DNA of 64,000 nucleotides from an uncultured Bacteroidota bacterium. GTDB lineage: Bacteria > Bacteroidota > Ignavibacteria > UBA10030 > UBA6906. A program made the position numbers and the translations under genes. The notes beneath the pieces were generated by a model. It did not search any database. It was given only the letters and a program-made list of their open reading frames with translations, and was not told the DNA's origin. The number at the start of each line of letters is the position of its first letter. Within the stretch, counting starts at the first letter, position 1. The stretch lies in NCBI GenBank assembly GCA_963700635.1, contig CAVOYH010000004.1:192001-256000 (forward strand). The letters are read 5' to 3'. Shown here in pieces: positions 29,787-39,466 of the stretch.

Positions 29787-31448
29787 ATGAGACGGGCCTG
29801 CATCAGCATTCTGTTTAGCATGGTAGGGTTTGTGCTGCCGCCGGCACTTTATCCTCAGATATCCCCGGGAGAGCTTTCTGCTCCGCACGCTCATCTGGAG
29901 GGAGTCGGAAATTGTACAAAGTGTCATGCGCTGGGACGAAGCATCGACAACACGGGATGTCTGAGCTGCCATGGAGAGATTGCAGATCGTATACTTCGGC
30001 GTGCGGGGTTACACGGCGGATACGCAGATCGCCGGTGCGTTGAGTGCCACAAGGAGCACCATGGTGTCAACTTTTCGATCGTACTATTCGAGACCGGTCG
30101 TTTTGTGCATCAACGCGCCGGGTTCGACCTCAAGGGCAAACATGCCGCCCTCAGATGCGCTCAATGTCATACATCCAAGCTCATCAAGGATCCTGACGTT
30201 CGCCGAAAGGTGGAACGTGGGCGTAAGGGGACCTTCCTCGGCCTCGGACAGAATTGTGTCGATTGTCATGATGATGCCCACAGCGGACAATTTACTGCCC
30301 CGTGTGCTCAGTGCCACGGTTCGGACGCCTGGAATGTGACACCGGGATTTACGCATGAGAAAACGGCATTTCCACTGGTCGGAAAGCACGCAAACGTCGC
30401 CTGTTCACAATGTCACACCCGGACCGGCCCACGTAATACTGTTCAGTTTGCACGATTATCTTTTGGTACATGTGCGACATGCCATCAGGACCCGCACGGC
30501 GGGCGGTTCGAAAAATCCTGCGAGAGCTGCCATTCGCCTGCGGGATGGAAATCCGGTGCAGCGTCCCGGTTCGATCATCAGTCAACCCGGTTTCCGCTCA
30601 AAGGAAGACATGCATCGCTGGCGTGTGCGAAATGCCACAGCAATAGTGCGACCACCGCAAGAGGGAGATTCCGCCCCACACGGTTTCAGCTCTGTTCAGA
30701 CTGCCACATGAACGTGCACAAGACAGGATTGATCCAGCGTCGCAACAGCGTCTCGTGTGAACAGTGTCACGTGGAAAGCGGTTGGAAGGATGGCGCGGCC
30801 GGGACGTTTAGTCATGATGATACTGGTTTTCCGCTTCGGGGGAGACACAAGAATCTTCCCTGCAAAACCTGTCATGGGCAGCGCGCTCCAAGAACTGGTT
30901 CCGTGTCACTCATACGGTCAGGAGAGTCGCCTGCCTGTGTTGACTGCCACACTGATCCGCACCACGGACAGTTCTCTGATGGTAAGACTCCGGTTCCGTG
31001 TGAGAGGTGTCATGACGAAAAAAGGTTTACACCGTCGGTGTTTACCTTGATCGACCATGACCGGAGCGGCTTCCCACTGGCGGGCTCCCACCGGGCAGTA
31101 CCGTGTACTGAATGTCACAAAGAGCGAATAGTCGGCGGGGCACGGTTTCGTCAGTTCCGGTGGAAGGACCCCATGGACTGCACTCACTGTCACGAAAATG
31201 CTCACGGGGGCAAGGTCGCCCCATTTACGAAGCAGGAGTGCAGAGTTTGCCATGCGCCAGTCGGCTGGGATCAAGTGCAATATGTTCACACCGGAACTGC
31301 GTTTGTGTTGTCGGGAAAACACATCGGCCTCGCCTGCTGGAGGTGCCATGGTGACCAACGCAAGCGTAGCCCGGTTGCCACATGGCTTTTCCGGGGCACG
31401 CCGACTCGGTGCGCTGATTGTCATGGAGATGGAGTTTCGAATCGCTGA
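29787..31448 (+). CDS. Multiheme cytochrome c, 20 CxxCH motifs
   Basis: Signal peptide; 20 CxxCH counted, in repeated F-x-H-x2-T-x-FPL-x-G-x-H triheme modules. Confidence 0.93.
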   Translation: MRRACISILFSMVGFVLPPALYPQISPGELSAPHAHLEGVGNCTKCHALGRSIDNTGCLSCHGEIADRILRRAGLHGGYADRRCVECHKEHHGVNFSIVLFETGRFVHQRAGFDLKGKHAALRCAQCHTSKLIKDPDVRRKVERGRKGTFLGLGQNCVDCHDDAHSGQFTAPCAQCHGSDAWNVTPGFTHEKTAFPLVGKHANVACSQCHTRTGPRNTVQFARLSFGTCATCHQDPHGGRFEKSCESCHSPAGWKSGAASRFDHQSTRFPLKGRHASLACAKCHSNSATTARGRFRPTRFQLCSDCHMNVHKTGLIQRRNSVSCEQCHVESGWKDGAAGTFSHDDTGFPLRGRHKNLPCKTCHGQRAPRTGSVSLIRSGESPACVDCHTDPHHGQFSDGKTPVPCERCHDEKRFTPSVFTLIDHDRSGFPLAGSHRAVPCTECHKERIVGGARFRQFRWKDPMDCTHCHENAHGGKVAPFTKQECRVCHAPVGWDQVQYVHTGTAFVLSGKHIGLACWRCHGDQRKRSPVATWLFRGTPTRCADCHGDGVSNR

Positions 31449-31496
31449 GGGATCAGAAATACAGCGTAACGTCAGAAGGTAAGGACACATGGAGGG

Positions 31497-32534
31497 ATGA
31501 AGAGACCGATGAGAATGCATTGTGTGTTGATTACGCTTGGCGTATGCATCATGTTTGCGGGGGCAAAAGCCCAGAATTCCCCGCATGGGGAGCTTTCGGT
31601 ATCATGTGATGCATGCCATAACACGGAGTCCTGGAACCGGGTGGTCTCTCCTATGGGATTCAAGCACGCCACGACCGGATTTCCATTGGAAGGACGGCAT
31701 GTACAGGTGGCGTGCCGCCAGTGCCACACAACATTACGATTTGTTGAAGCTTCGGACAGATGTGCTTCCTGTCACGAAGATGTACACCGCCTGGAACTCG
31801 GCTCGACGTGCGACCGTTGCCACTCTTCCACATCCTGGCTTGTTCCGGACATGCCACAGCGACACCTTTCCACACGATTTGCGCTTCTGGGTGCTCATCG
31901 CCTTGCGCAGTGCCAATCATGTCATACCAACGTGCAAAAGCACACCTATGCGGGGGTTCCGCTGGAGTGTATCAGCTGCCACGGTAACGACTATGCGGCC
32001 ACGGTTGCACCTCCCCACAGGGCATCCGGAATCGGTACCGACTGCGAGTCATGCCACTCTGCGGCCGCAGTTTCATGGGGCGGTCACTTTGACCATACCC
32101 AGACCGGGTTTCGTCTCACCGGGGCTCATGTGGCCGTGCCATGTTCGCAGTGCCATCAAGGAAGAGTGTATGGCGGGCTCTCTGATGCGTGTTCCTCCTG
32201 CCATATCCAGCAATACGCCGCGACAACCAATCCCTCTCACACAGGCTCGGGATTTCCCACAACCTGTCAGACCTGCCATGCTACCACCGGCTGGACACCG
32301 TCCTCCTTTCAACATGACACATACTTTCCGATCTCCGCGGGCAGCACGCACCGGCCCGGACGGTGGAACGCATGTTCCGATTGCCATGTTTCGGCGGGAT
32401 CCGTCCAGCTGTTTTCTTGCTTGAATTGCCATGAGCATGCACAATCACAGGTTGATCCCAAACACACCGGAATCGCCGGCTACCGGTACGATAGCCAGGC
32501 ATGCTATTCCTGTCATCCCCGCGGTCGTCAATGA
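31497..32534 (+). CDS. Multiheme cytochrome c, 13 CxxCH motifs
   Basis: Signal peptide (AKA|Q); 13 CxxCH counted; same FPL-x-G-x-H repeat type. Confidence 0.93.
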   Translation: MKRPMRMHCVLITLGVCIMFAGAKAQNSPHGELSVSCDACHNTESWNRVVSPMGFKHATTGFPLEGRHVQVACRQCHTTLRFVEASDRCASCHEDVHRLELGSTCDRCHSSTSWLVPDMPQRHLSTRFALLGAHRLAQCQSCHTNVQKHTYAGVPLECISCHGNDYAATVAPPHRASGIGTDCESCHSAAAVSWGGHFDHTQTGFRLTGAHVAVPCSQCHQGRVYGGLSDACSSCHIQQYAATTNPSHTGSGFPTTCQTCHATTGWTPSSFQHDTYFPISAGSTHRPGRWNACSDCHVSAGSVQLFSCLNCHEHAQSQVDPKHTGIAGYRYDSQACYSCHPRGRQ

Positions 32535-34120
32535 GGTCCAAGCCGCTTTGGGGCGTACTCTTTTTTCTCGCATGGTTTATCAGGCTTTCTGCGGATGCCC
32601 AGTGGTCCGCGAACGGGTCGGTGGTCGTTCGTGGACACGTAACTTTTGTTTCCTCCGCCTCTGCCTACCTTGATGTCGGGAAGGACCGTGGTGCGGCACC
32701 CGGTGATTCGGTAGTATTTATCCGGGGCGGCCAGGTGCAGGCAGAAGGAACCATTACCGCTGTCTCCTCGGGCTCGTCGGTGGTCCCCGTTAAGGGCGAC
32801 GGACTCATCAGAGTCGGAGACAGCGTGCTCGTCCGCCATCAACGACCCGCCGTCAATGCAGAACAGTCTGCAGCCACCCTGACCCGCACGACGCAAGCAT
32901 TCCTGGCGCCGCGTGCCGTTACGGGAAGGGTGGCCCTGCAATACATCGGAGCAGGCAGCGTGAAAGAGGGAATATCCACTTCCCAACCAGCTATGGTACT
33001 TCTCCTGAATATCCCTGCACTTTTTGAAAGCGGCCTGAGTATGAGGTTTCATGGCCGGACGGCGAGGGACTTTTCACGGGAACGCTTTTCCGGAAGGGAG
33101 GGTTCGAGGACGTCCACGAGGATCTATGAACTCGCTTTTGCATCGGATGCCCCGGGACGCACGTTTGGCTTCTCGTTCGGCCGGGTGATGTCGCGTTATG
33201 TCTCCGGGCTGGGTTCCTTCGATGGAGCAGAGTTGCTGGTGCGAAAAGGCAATCTCACTGCCGGACTTGTTGGCGGGTTCCAGCCCGATCTCCGGACATC
33301 CGGCATAGATGGAAGACGCCAGACTGTTGCGATTTTTGGCAACATGACGTGGAGCGCTCGCGACAGAACGGGGGGTGATGTTACACTGGCCTATGGCCGC
33401 CAGATGTTCAAGGGGAAACTGGATCGTGATTATGCCTACATCCAAAGTAGCACGCGGATAGGAGAAACGTTATCGCTCTTTCAATCTACTGAGGTCGATG
33501 TGACCGGGATGGAGGGGGAAGTCAGGACGGAGAAATTCCGGCTCACCAATACGTTCTTCACGCTGTCGTATGGTCCCACGCCGTGGTTGAATATTGACGG
33601 AGGGTATGACGCTACGCGAACGGTGTACTACCTCGAATCTATGAATATCCGATCGGACACCCTGATGGATAACTCTATCCGTCAGGGTCTCAGAGCTGGA
33701 GTGTCTGTGCGACTGCCGTTGCGGCTGCGTGTGGGTGGGCGGATGTACGTCAGATCTGCCACCGGTGATCTTCGGGCGTCGCGGACAATCATCGGCATGG
33801 CAGGAATGAGTGACATCGGGCGTACAGGAATTAGCACGAATGTCCAGCTGGCCGGCATCACCGGTATCTATGCCGAAGGAACCAATCTCTCTGCGCGCCT
33901 GAACTATATGTCTGGCGCAGGACTCAATATAGATCTGGGGATTGAACGATATGCGTACACCCTCGTACGAACCGGCGAACAGTCACGTACGCTTACCGCC
34001 AGTGTATCGGTGCAATCCTTGATCGCACAGCGATGGTACCTTCTTGGTGGCTTCGATCAAATCTGGGAAGACGGGATTCCGTTCCAGCGAATCTTTGCTG
34101 AGGTCGGAGTCCGATTCTGA
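32531..34120 (+). CDS. Putative outer-membrane beta-barrel with small N-terminal domain
   Basis: Signal peptide (ADA|Q), alternating amphipathic strands, C-terminal beta-signal AEVGVRF; ATGA overlap with cytochrome. Confidence 0.75.
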   Translation: MRSKPLWGVLFFLAWFIRLSADAQWSANGSVVVRGHVTFVSSASAYLDVGKDRGAAPGDSVVFIRGGQVQAEGTITAVSSGSSVVPVKGDGLIRVGDSVLVRHQRPAVNAEQSAATLTRTTQAFLAPRAVTGRVALQYIGAGSVKEGISTSQPAMVLLLNIPALFESGLSMRFHGRTARDFSRERFSGREGSRTSTRIYELAFASDAPGRTFGFSFGRVMSRYVSGLGSFDGAELLVRKGNLTAGLVGGFQPDLRTSGIDGRRQTVAIFGNMTWSARDRTGGDVTLAYGRQMFKGKLDRDYAYIQSSTRIGETLSLFQSTEVDVTGMEGEVRTEKFRLTNTFFTLSYGPTPWLNIDGGYDATRTVYYLESMNIRSDTLMDNSIRQGLRAGVSVRLPLRLRVGGRMYVRSATGDLRASRTIIGMAGMSDIGRTGISTNVQLAGITGIYAEGTNLSARLNYMSGAGLNIDLGIERYAYTLVRTGEQSRTLTASVSVQSLIAQRWYLLGGFDQIWEDGIPFQRIFAEVGVRF

Positions 34121-34217
34121 ATATGTTCCTCCGGCCTGCCGAAAAGTGCGGACTGAGTGGTGCGCCCGTTCGGACGCGGCGTTCAACTGGGGTAAATCAA
34201 ACGAGACCTCCTCATCC

Positions 34218-35516
34218 TTGGAAACGCTGATTACCATTATCATCGCCGTTCTCCTGGTTGCGGGAACCGTGTTTCCGTACTACAGGAAATTTCGGCGACG
34301 CGAGGCGGAGGCTCACCAGCGGTGGGGTGATTTGAAGTTGACAGGACTCGACAAGGCCGGGGGTGTGCACCCGCATATAGACGTGCTCGCGTGCATCGGG
34401 TGTGGTGGATGTGTTGATGCGTGCCCTGAGGGGGATGTGCTGGGGGTTGTGGACGGTAAAGCGATTCTGGTGCACGGGGCAAAGTGTGTAGGTCATGGGC
34501 GCTGTGCTGATGCCTGTCCTGTGGGCGCAATTCGTCTGGTTCTGGCCCCTCCGGGCCGCGGTGCTGAACTGCCAATTCTGTCAGAGCAATTTGAAACTAA
34601 CATGCCGGGGATATTCGTTGCGGGAGAGCTGGGTGGACTCGGGCTCATCCGGAATGCAGTCGCACAGGGAGTGTCCGTAGTGCGTTCCGTTGCATCCCGT
34701 CCCAATCGAGCACCTGAAGGGGTGTTCGATGTCGTTATTGTCGGCGCTGGTCCTGCAGGATTGGCCTCTGGACTCGCGGCACAAGAGCGCGGGCTGCGAT
34801 ATCTTGTGCTTGAACAGGAGACCATCGGCGGAGCAATTCTGCATTATCCGCGACGCAAGATCGTACTGACATCGCCATTCGAGCTTCCACTCTGGGGGAC
34901 CGTAAAGTTCACCGAAGTATCAAAGGAGGACCTCCTTGTGCTGTGGGAGCGTGTTCTTGATCGCACTGGACTCGCTGTCAGGACAAGCGAAAAGGTCAAC
35001 GCCATTGTCGCCGGCCACTACGGATACGAGGTGCGGACACCTTCGGGGGTCTATCCAACGTCTGCCGTCGTGCTTGCGGTAGGACGCCGGGGGACGCCCC
35101 GGAAACTCGGCGTGCCGGGGGAAGAACAGGCAAAGGTGATGTACCGCCTTATTGATGCAGGGACTTATGTCGACTGCGATGTCCTGATTGTGGGGGGTGG
35201 GGACAGCGCGATTGAGGCGGCAATCGGTTTGTCGATGCGGATGAAGAATCGTGTCACAATTTCCTACCGAGGAGAGTCGTTCACACGGATCAAAGAGAGA
35301 AACAACCGAGCCATTGCAGAAGCTATCCGCAGAAATCATGTGCGTGTATACTACAGCTCCACTGTGCGGGAGATAGAGGCGAATTCCGTGGCACTCGATA
35401 CGGCGGAGGGATTGATGTCAGTAAAGAACGACATCGTGTTCATATTTGCGGGTGGAGAAACGCCGTTTGATTTCTTACGCAGTGTTGGTGTCGGATTTCA
35501 GACAACAATCGCATGA
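34218..35516 (+). CDS. Membrane-anchored 2x[4Fe-4S] plus TrxB-like FAD/NAD(P)H oxidoreductase
   Basis: N-terminal TM, CIGCGGCVDACP and CVGHGRCADACP, VGAGPAG and VGGGDSA Rossmann motifs; TTG start inferred. Confidence 0.85.
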   Translation: METLITIIIAVLLVAGTVFPYYRKFRRREAEAHQRWGDLKLTGLDKAGGVHPHIDVLACIGCGGCVDACPEGDVLGVVDGKAILVHGAKCVGHGRCADACPVGAIRLVLAPPGRGAELPILSEQFETNMPGIFVAGELGGLGLIRNAVAQGVSVVRSVASRPNRAPEGVFDVVIVGAGPAGLASGLAAQERGLRYLVLEQETIGGAILHYPRRKIVLTSPFELPLWGTVKFTEVSKEDLLVLWERVLDRTGLAVRTSEKVNAIVAGHYGYEVRTPSGVYPTSAVVLAVGRRGTPRKLGVPGEEQAKVMYRLIDAGTYVDCDVLIVGGGDSAIEAAIGLSMRMKNRVTISYRGESFTRIKERNNRAIAEAIRRNHVRVYYSSTVREIEANSVALDTAEGLMSVKNDIVFIFAGGETPFDFLRSVGVGFQTTIA

Positions 35517-35735
35517 GTGGGGCCGAATGCCTGCCACACACCCGCTTGGCCTATCATAATCGCCTGCACGATCTTTACGTCGCGATGTGCAATAGCAGCA
35601 AAGTCGCCTGTTGTTTTTGATGTATTGTCGCCCTCCGAAGGAGACATCCCGGGGTTCGCTGAAGATCAAGTGCACACGGTAAACCTTGTCAAGATTCTGG
35701 GTGGGCTGGCGTCGTGCGCCAGTTCGTTGATCCGG

Positions 35736-35764
35736 TTGATTGCGGACTTGACTTTTGGTAGATT
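35736..35764 (+). promoter_or_regulatory. Sigma70-type promoter for lipoprotein-protease pair
   Basis: TTGATT-N17-TAGATT. Confidence 0.45.
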
Positions 35765-35790
35765 CAGGCTAACGTGCTGTCGAGAATCGT

Positions 35791-36363
35791 ATGCCCACTC
35801 CCAGATTCAGGAGTATTCGACGAGGGAAGAGCACCGTGCCATCACATCAGTATCAGCCCCGACCCAGATTGATTGGACATTTTCTTCTGCTTTGCTCCCT
35901 TGTTCTTGTTTTAGGGTCATGCGCACCCTGTGAGCCCGATTTTATCGGCAGAAGAGATGAGCATAAACCCGCAGAGTTCTCCATCGTGCTGGGTGAGGGA
36001 GGAGGATTTGCAGGGACGTGGCAGGGGTACACCATCACCGGGAACGGTGTTGTTTTTTCCTGGAGCGGACGTGGTGCGCGGGAGAATGAGCAGGAAATTG
36101 GCCTTCTGGCCCCCGATACGCTCTGCGCGCTCTGGGATGCAGTGCAACCGCTTAGCGCTGTACCCTCAGTGGATTCCTCTGGATCTCTCGTGCAATTCCT
36201 CACGGTGGCCATTCAGGATTCAACAAGAACGTACTCCTGGAGACCACAACTCGGTGTGAACCTGACGAGAACGACGTATCAGGATCTCTATCATCGCTGT
36301 GCTGTGGCGATTCAGACTACCATCACAAATGCAACCAATACTCCGACATCAAAAAAGAAGTGA
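35791..36363 (+). CDS. Lipoprotein, possibly emfourin-like M4 protease inhibitor
   Basis: Lipobox LGSC; GEGGGFAG motif; 6 bp upstream of M4 protease; start codon uncertain. Confidence 0.55.
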   Translation: MPTPRFRSIRRGKSTVPSHQYQPRPRLIGHFLLLCSLVLVLGSCAPCEPDFIGRRDEHKPAEFSIVLGEGGGFAGTWQGYTITGNGVVFSWSGRGARENEQEIGLLAPDTLCALWDAVQPLSAVPSVDSSGSLVQFLTVAIQDSTRTYSWRPQLGVNLTRTTYQDLYHRCAVAIQTTITNATNTPTSKKK

Positions 36364-36369
36364 GGATCC

Positions 36370-39300
36370 ATGCGAGTCCATCTGAGTGTAATTCTTGCGC
36401 TGTTGATGGTGTGCGGCGGGTACGGAAAAGCAGGGGAGGGGAAGGCGCCGACGTCGTCGGGACAGGTTCGCGGGTTTGACACAAAACACTCACGTCAACG
36501 GATCCCCATGCCCGATCAACGGGCCTTGTTCGAATCCGAGGCGGCGACACTTTCGGAGCGGCTGGCGTCGGCGAAACAGAACCGGATGGATGGGGGAGTC
36601 CGCCTTACAACGACCCAAAGGACCGCAATGGAATCGCTCCGGGGATTGGGCAAAGGAAATGTGTCGATTCACTGGGATGAACTGCTCGGAGTCCCGGTAT
36701 TCGTCCAGGGCCTCCAGGCGACAGGGGGCACAGCAGGCGTGGAACGTATCGTCAGTGATGTTCAGGCACAAGAATCTGCACAAAATTTTCTGCAGGCGAA
36801 CGCCCAGCTTTTCCGGATCGATGATCCCTCCGCCGAGTTCCGCCAGCTCGACCTGACGACGGATGATCTCGGATTCACGCACATCCGGTATCAACAGATG
36901 TATCAGGGCGTGGAGGTCTGGGGACGAGATGTTCGGGTGCACCTGAACCGGGAGGGCGAAGTCGAGAGCTGGAACGGCCGGTATGTTCCGACGCCGGCTG
37001 AACGGGTGTCCGGTATGCAGGGAATAGGTATCGGTCAGGGCCGGGCGATTGCGCTGGAGCGGTTTGGATCGGGCGGAACGGTTACCGCAACGCGGCAGGT
37101 ATTTCTTCCCGATGCCGCAGGACATCTCACGCTGTGCTGGCTTATCACGGTGGAAGGATCGCTTGACCGGAAAAAGGATCTGTTCGTGGAGGTCAGCAGC
37201 GGACGGGTTGTGAAGGAGTACAGCAGGGTCATCATGGATGGTCCGGCAATTGGAAGCGGCACGGATGTAAAAGGAGTTTCACGGGCGCTTAACGTGTATC
37301 AAATCGGCGCTCAGTTTTATATGATCGATGCGAGCAAGCCGATGTTTAACCCTTCCCAGTCGCAGATGCCCAATAGCGCAAAAGGAGCGATCTACACGTT
37401 TGACGCGCAACATGGCGAGAGTAATCTTTATCACATCACTTCCACAAATCAGAACATCTGGGGCGTTGCCCCCGGGGTGTCGGCTTTGTTCACGGGCGGC
37501 AAGGTGTATGACTACTTCAGTGCCGTTCACAACAGGAACGCGATCGACAATCAGGGCGGGACAATGAACTTTGTGGTAAACTTCGCAACGAACTATAACA
37601 ATGCCTTCTGGAATGGCCAGTTTATGGTGTTCGGGAATGGTGACGGATCCATCTTCAGTGATCTGACCGGGGCGGCAGACGTGACTGCTCACGAGATGAC
37701 ACATGGCATCACAGAATGGACGGCAAACCTGCTGTATGAAAACCAGTCCGGAGCGCTGAATGAGTCGTTTTCCGACGTTTTCGGTACGCTGTTTGAATTC
37801 TGGCTGGTCGGTGCGGCAGGGAACTGGCTCATGGGCGAGGATGTGTTTACTCCGGGGACGCCGGGAGACGCTCTTCGCAGTATGTCCAATCCGGGTGGTC
37901 CCGAGGTTCCGCCGTCATCCCGGCAGCCTTCCAGCATGAGTGAGTACGTCAATCTGCCCAACACGGAAGCAGGCGATAATGGCGGTGTTCACGTGAACAG
38001 CGGAATTCCGAACAAGGCGTTCTACCTGTTTGCCACCGCACCCGGAATGACGAAAGAGAATGCGGGGAGAGTATATTATCGCGCGCTGACGACATACCTC
38101 ATAAAAAACTCACAATTTGTGGATTGCCGTCTGGCCGTCATCAAGGCTGCTGAAGATCTCTTCGGGGGTGCGGGGAACGCAACGGCACTTGCTGCTGCCG
38201 CTGCGTTTGATGCCGTGGGGATCATGGCGGGCTCCGGTACGGGCGATCCGCCCAAAGACCCCCCGGTTCAGGGCACTGAGTATCTTGCCCTTGTTGACGT
38301 TTCGAACGGCCGATTGTACCGCTGGACGGTGGGAACCAACACCTTTGCGCCGCTTTCCTCGTCGGGCCTCTCCAGCCGGCCTGCAGTGACGGATAATGGA
38401 GGGCATCTGTTCTATGTCGACCAGCAGAGTAATCTTCATGTCGTACAATCGGATGGGACGAACGATCAAACGCTGTCCAGCTCAGGGGGGTTTAACAACA
38501 TTGCAGTTTCGCGAAGCGGGCGTTACCTGGCTGCGACAACCGTGTTTTCTGAACCGAACATCTATGTCTTCGACCTTGACGACAGCGTCGGGAACACGGT
38601 GCTTCAATTGTACACGCCGACCTATCACCAGGGAGAAACCGCCGCGAGCATCCGTTATCCGGATAGAATCGACTGGACTTCGGATGAATCCAAAATCATG
38701 TACGATGCCTACAATACCACAGTTCTTACCGGGGGTGATACTCTGGGGTTCTGGGATATCAACACAGTCCGTGTAGCAGACGGGAGCATTACGCGTCTGT
38801 TTGCTTCTCAACCCCTCGGGATCAGTATCGGCAATGCGGTTTTTGCATCTAACACCGACAACATCATCGCACTTGATAGAATCGATGAGAACGACCAGGT
38901 GCTCGTCCTGGCTGTAAACCTCAACACCGGGGATGTGGGTATTGTTACGAACAACTACTCCTCTCTCGGGAGTCCGACGTTTTCCGTAGACGACAAGAAG
39001 GTGTATTACCATTATATCGACGATTTTTCGGGTCTGTACGAGGTGTGGTCAGTCGGGCTGGCTGCGGACGGGATCACGGGATCGGGCAACGACAAGATTG
39101 AGGTTGATGGGGGGATATATCCTGTGGCCTTTGCGACTGGCACTCGGCCGACGGATCTTCCCGTTACCGAAAGTACGCCGCCATCATACCTTCTGGATCA
39201 AAATTATCCAAACCCGTTTAATCCCGGAACACAAATCAGATTCCATATCCCGGCGGCGGGCCGGGTCGTCCTGAAGGTCTTCGATGTTCTGGGTCGTGAG

Positions 39301-39444
39301 GTTGTTACACTGGCAGAAGGGTCATTTGCACCGGGTGTGCATACGGTGACATTTGACGCCACAGGATTAGCGAGTGGCGTGTATCTCTCGCGGTTGGAGG
39401 CAGGCGGGGTAGTGCAGACACGCCGGATGATGTTTATGAAATAA
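36370..39444 (+). CDS. Secreted M4 (thermolysin-like) metallopeptidase with propeller-like domain and T9SS CTD
   Basis: FTP propeptide (HIRYQQMYQGVEV), NNAFWNG, HEMTH, GALNESFSD, DNGGVHVNSG; QNYPNPFNP...RRMMFMK. Confidence 0.93.
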   Translation: MRVHLSVILALLMVCGGYGKAGEGKAPTSSGQVRGFDTKHSRQRIPMPDQRALFESEAATLSERLASAKQNRMDGGVRLTTTQRTAMESLRGLGKGNVSIHWDELLGVPVFVQGLQATGGTAGVERIVSDVQAQESAQNFLQANAQLFRIDDPSAEFRQLDLTTDDLGFTHIRYQQMYQGVEVWGRDVRVHLNREGEVESWNGRYVPTPAERVSGMQGIGIGQGRAIALERFGSGGTVTATRQVFLPDAAGHLTLCWLITVEGSLDRKKDLFVEVSSGRVVKEYSRVIMDGPAIGSGTDVKGVSRALNVYQIGAQFYMIDASKPMFNPSQSQMPNSAKGAIYTFDAQHGESNLYHITSTNQNIWGVAPGVSALFTGGKVYDYFSAVHNRNAIDNQGGTMNFVVNFATNYNNAFWNGQFMVFGNGDGSIFSDLTGAADVTAHEMTHGITEWTANLLYENQSGALNESFSDVFGTLFEFWLVGAAGNWLMGEDVFTPGTPGDALRSMSNPGGPEVPPSSRQPSSMSEYVNLPNTEAGDNGGVHVNSGIPNKAFYLFATAPGMTKENAGRVYYRALTTYLIKNSQFVDCRLAVIKAAEDLFGGAGNATALAAAAAFDAVGIMAGSGTGDPPKDPPVQGTEYLALVDVSNGRLYRWTVGTNTFAPLSSSGLSSRPAVTDNGGHLFYVDQQSNLHVVQSDGTNDQTLSSSGGFNNIAVSRSGRYLAATTVFSEPNIYVFDLDDSVGNTVLQLYTPTYHQGETAASIRYPDRIDWTSDESKIMYDAYNTTVLTGGDTLGFWDINTVRVADGSITRLFASQPLGISIGNAVFASNTDNIIALDRIDENDQVLVLAVNLNTGDVGIVTNNYSSLGSPTFSVDDKKVYYHYIDDFSGLYEVWSVGLAADGITGSGNDKIEVDGGIYPVAFATGTRPTDLPVTESTPPSYLLDQNYPNPFNPGTQIRFHIPAAGRVVLKVFDVLGREVVTLAEGSFAPGVHTVTFDATGLASGVYLSRLEAGGVVQTRRMMFMK

Positions 39445-39466
39445 TTCTTCCGAAAGGAGCACGGCG

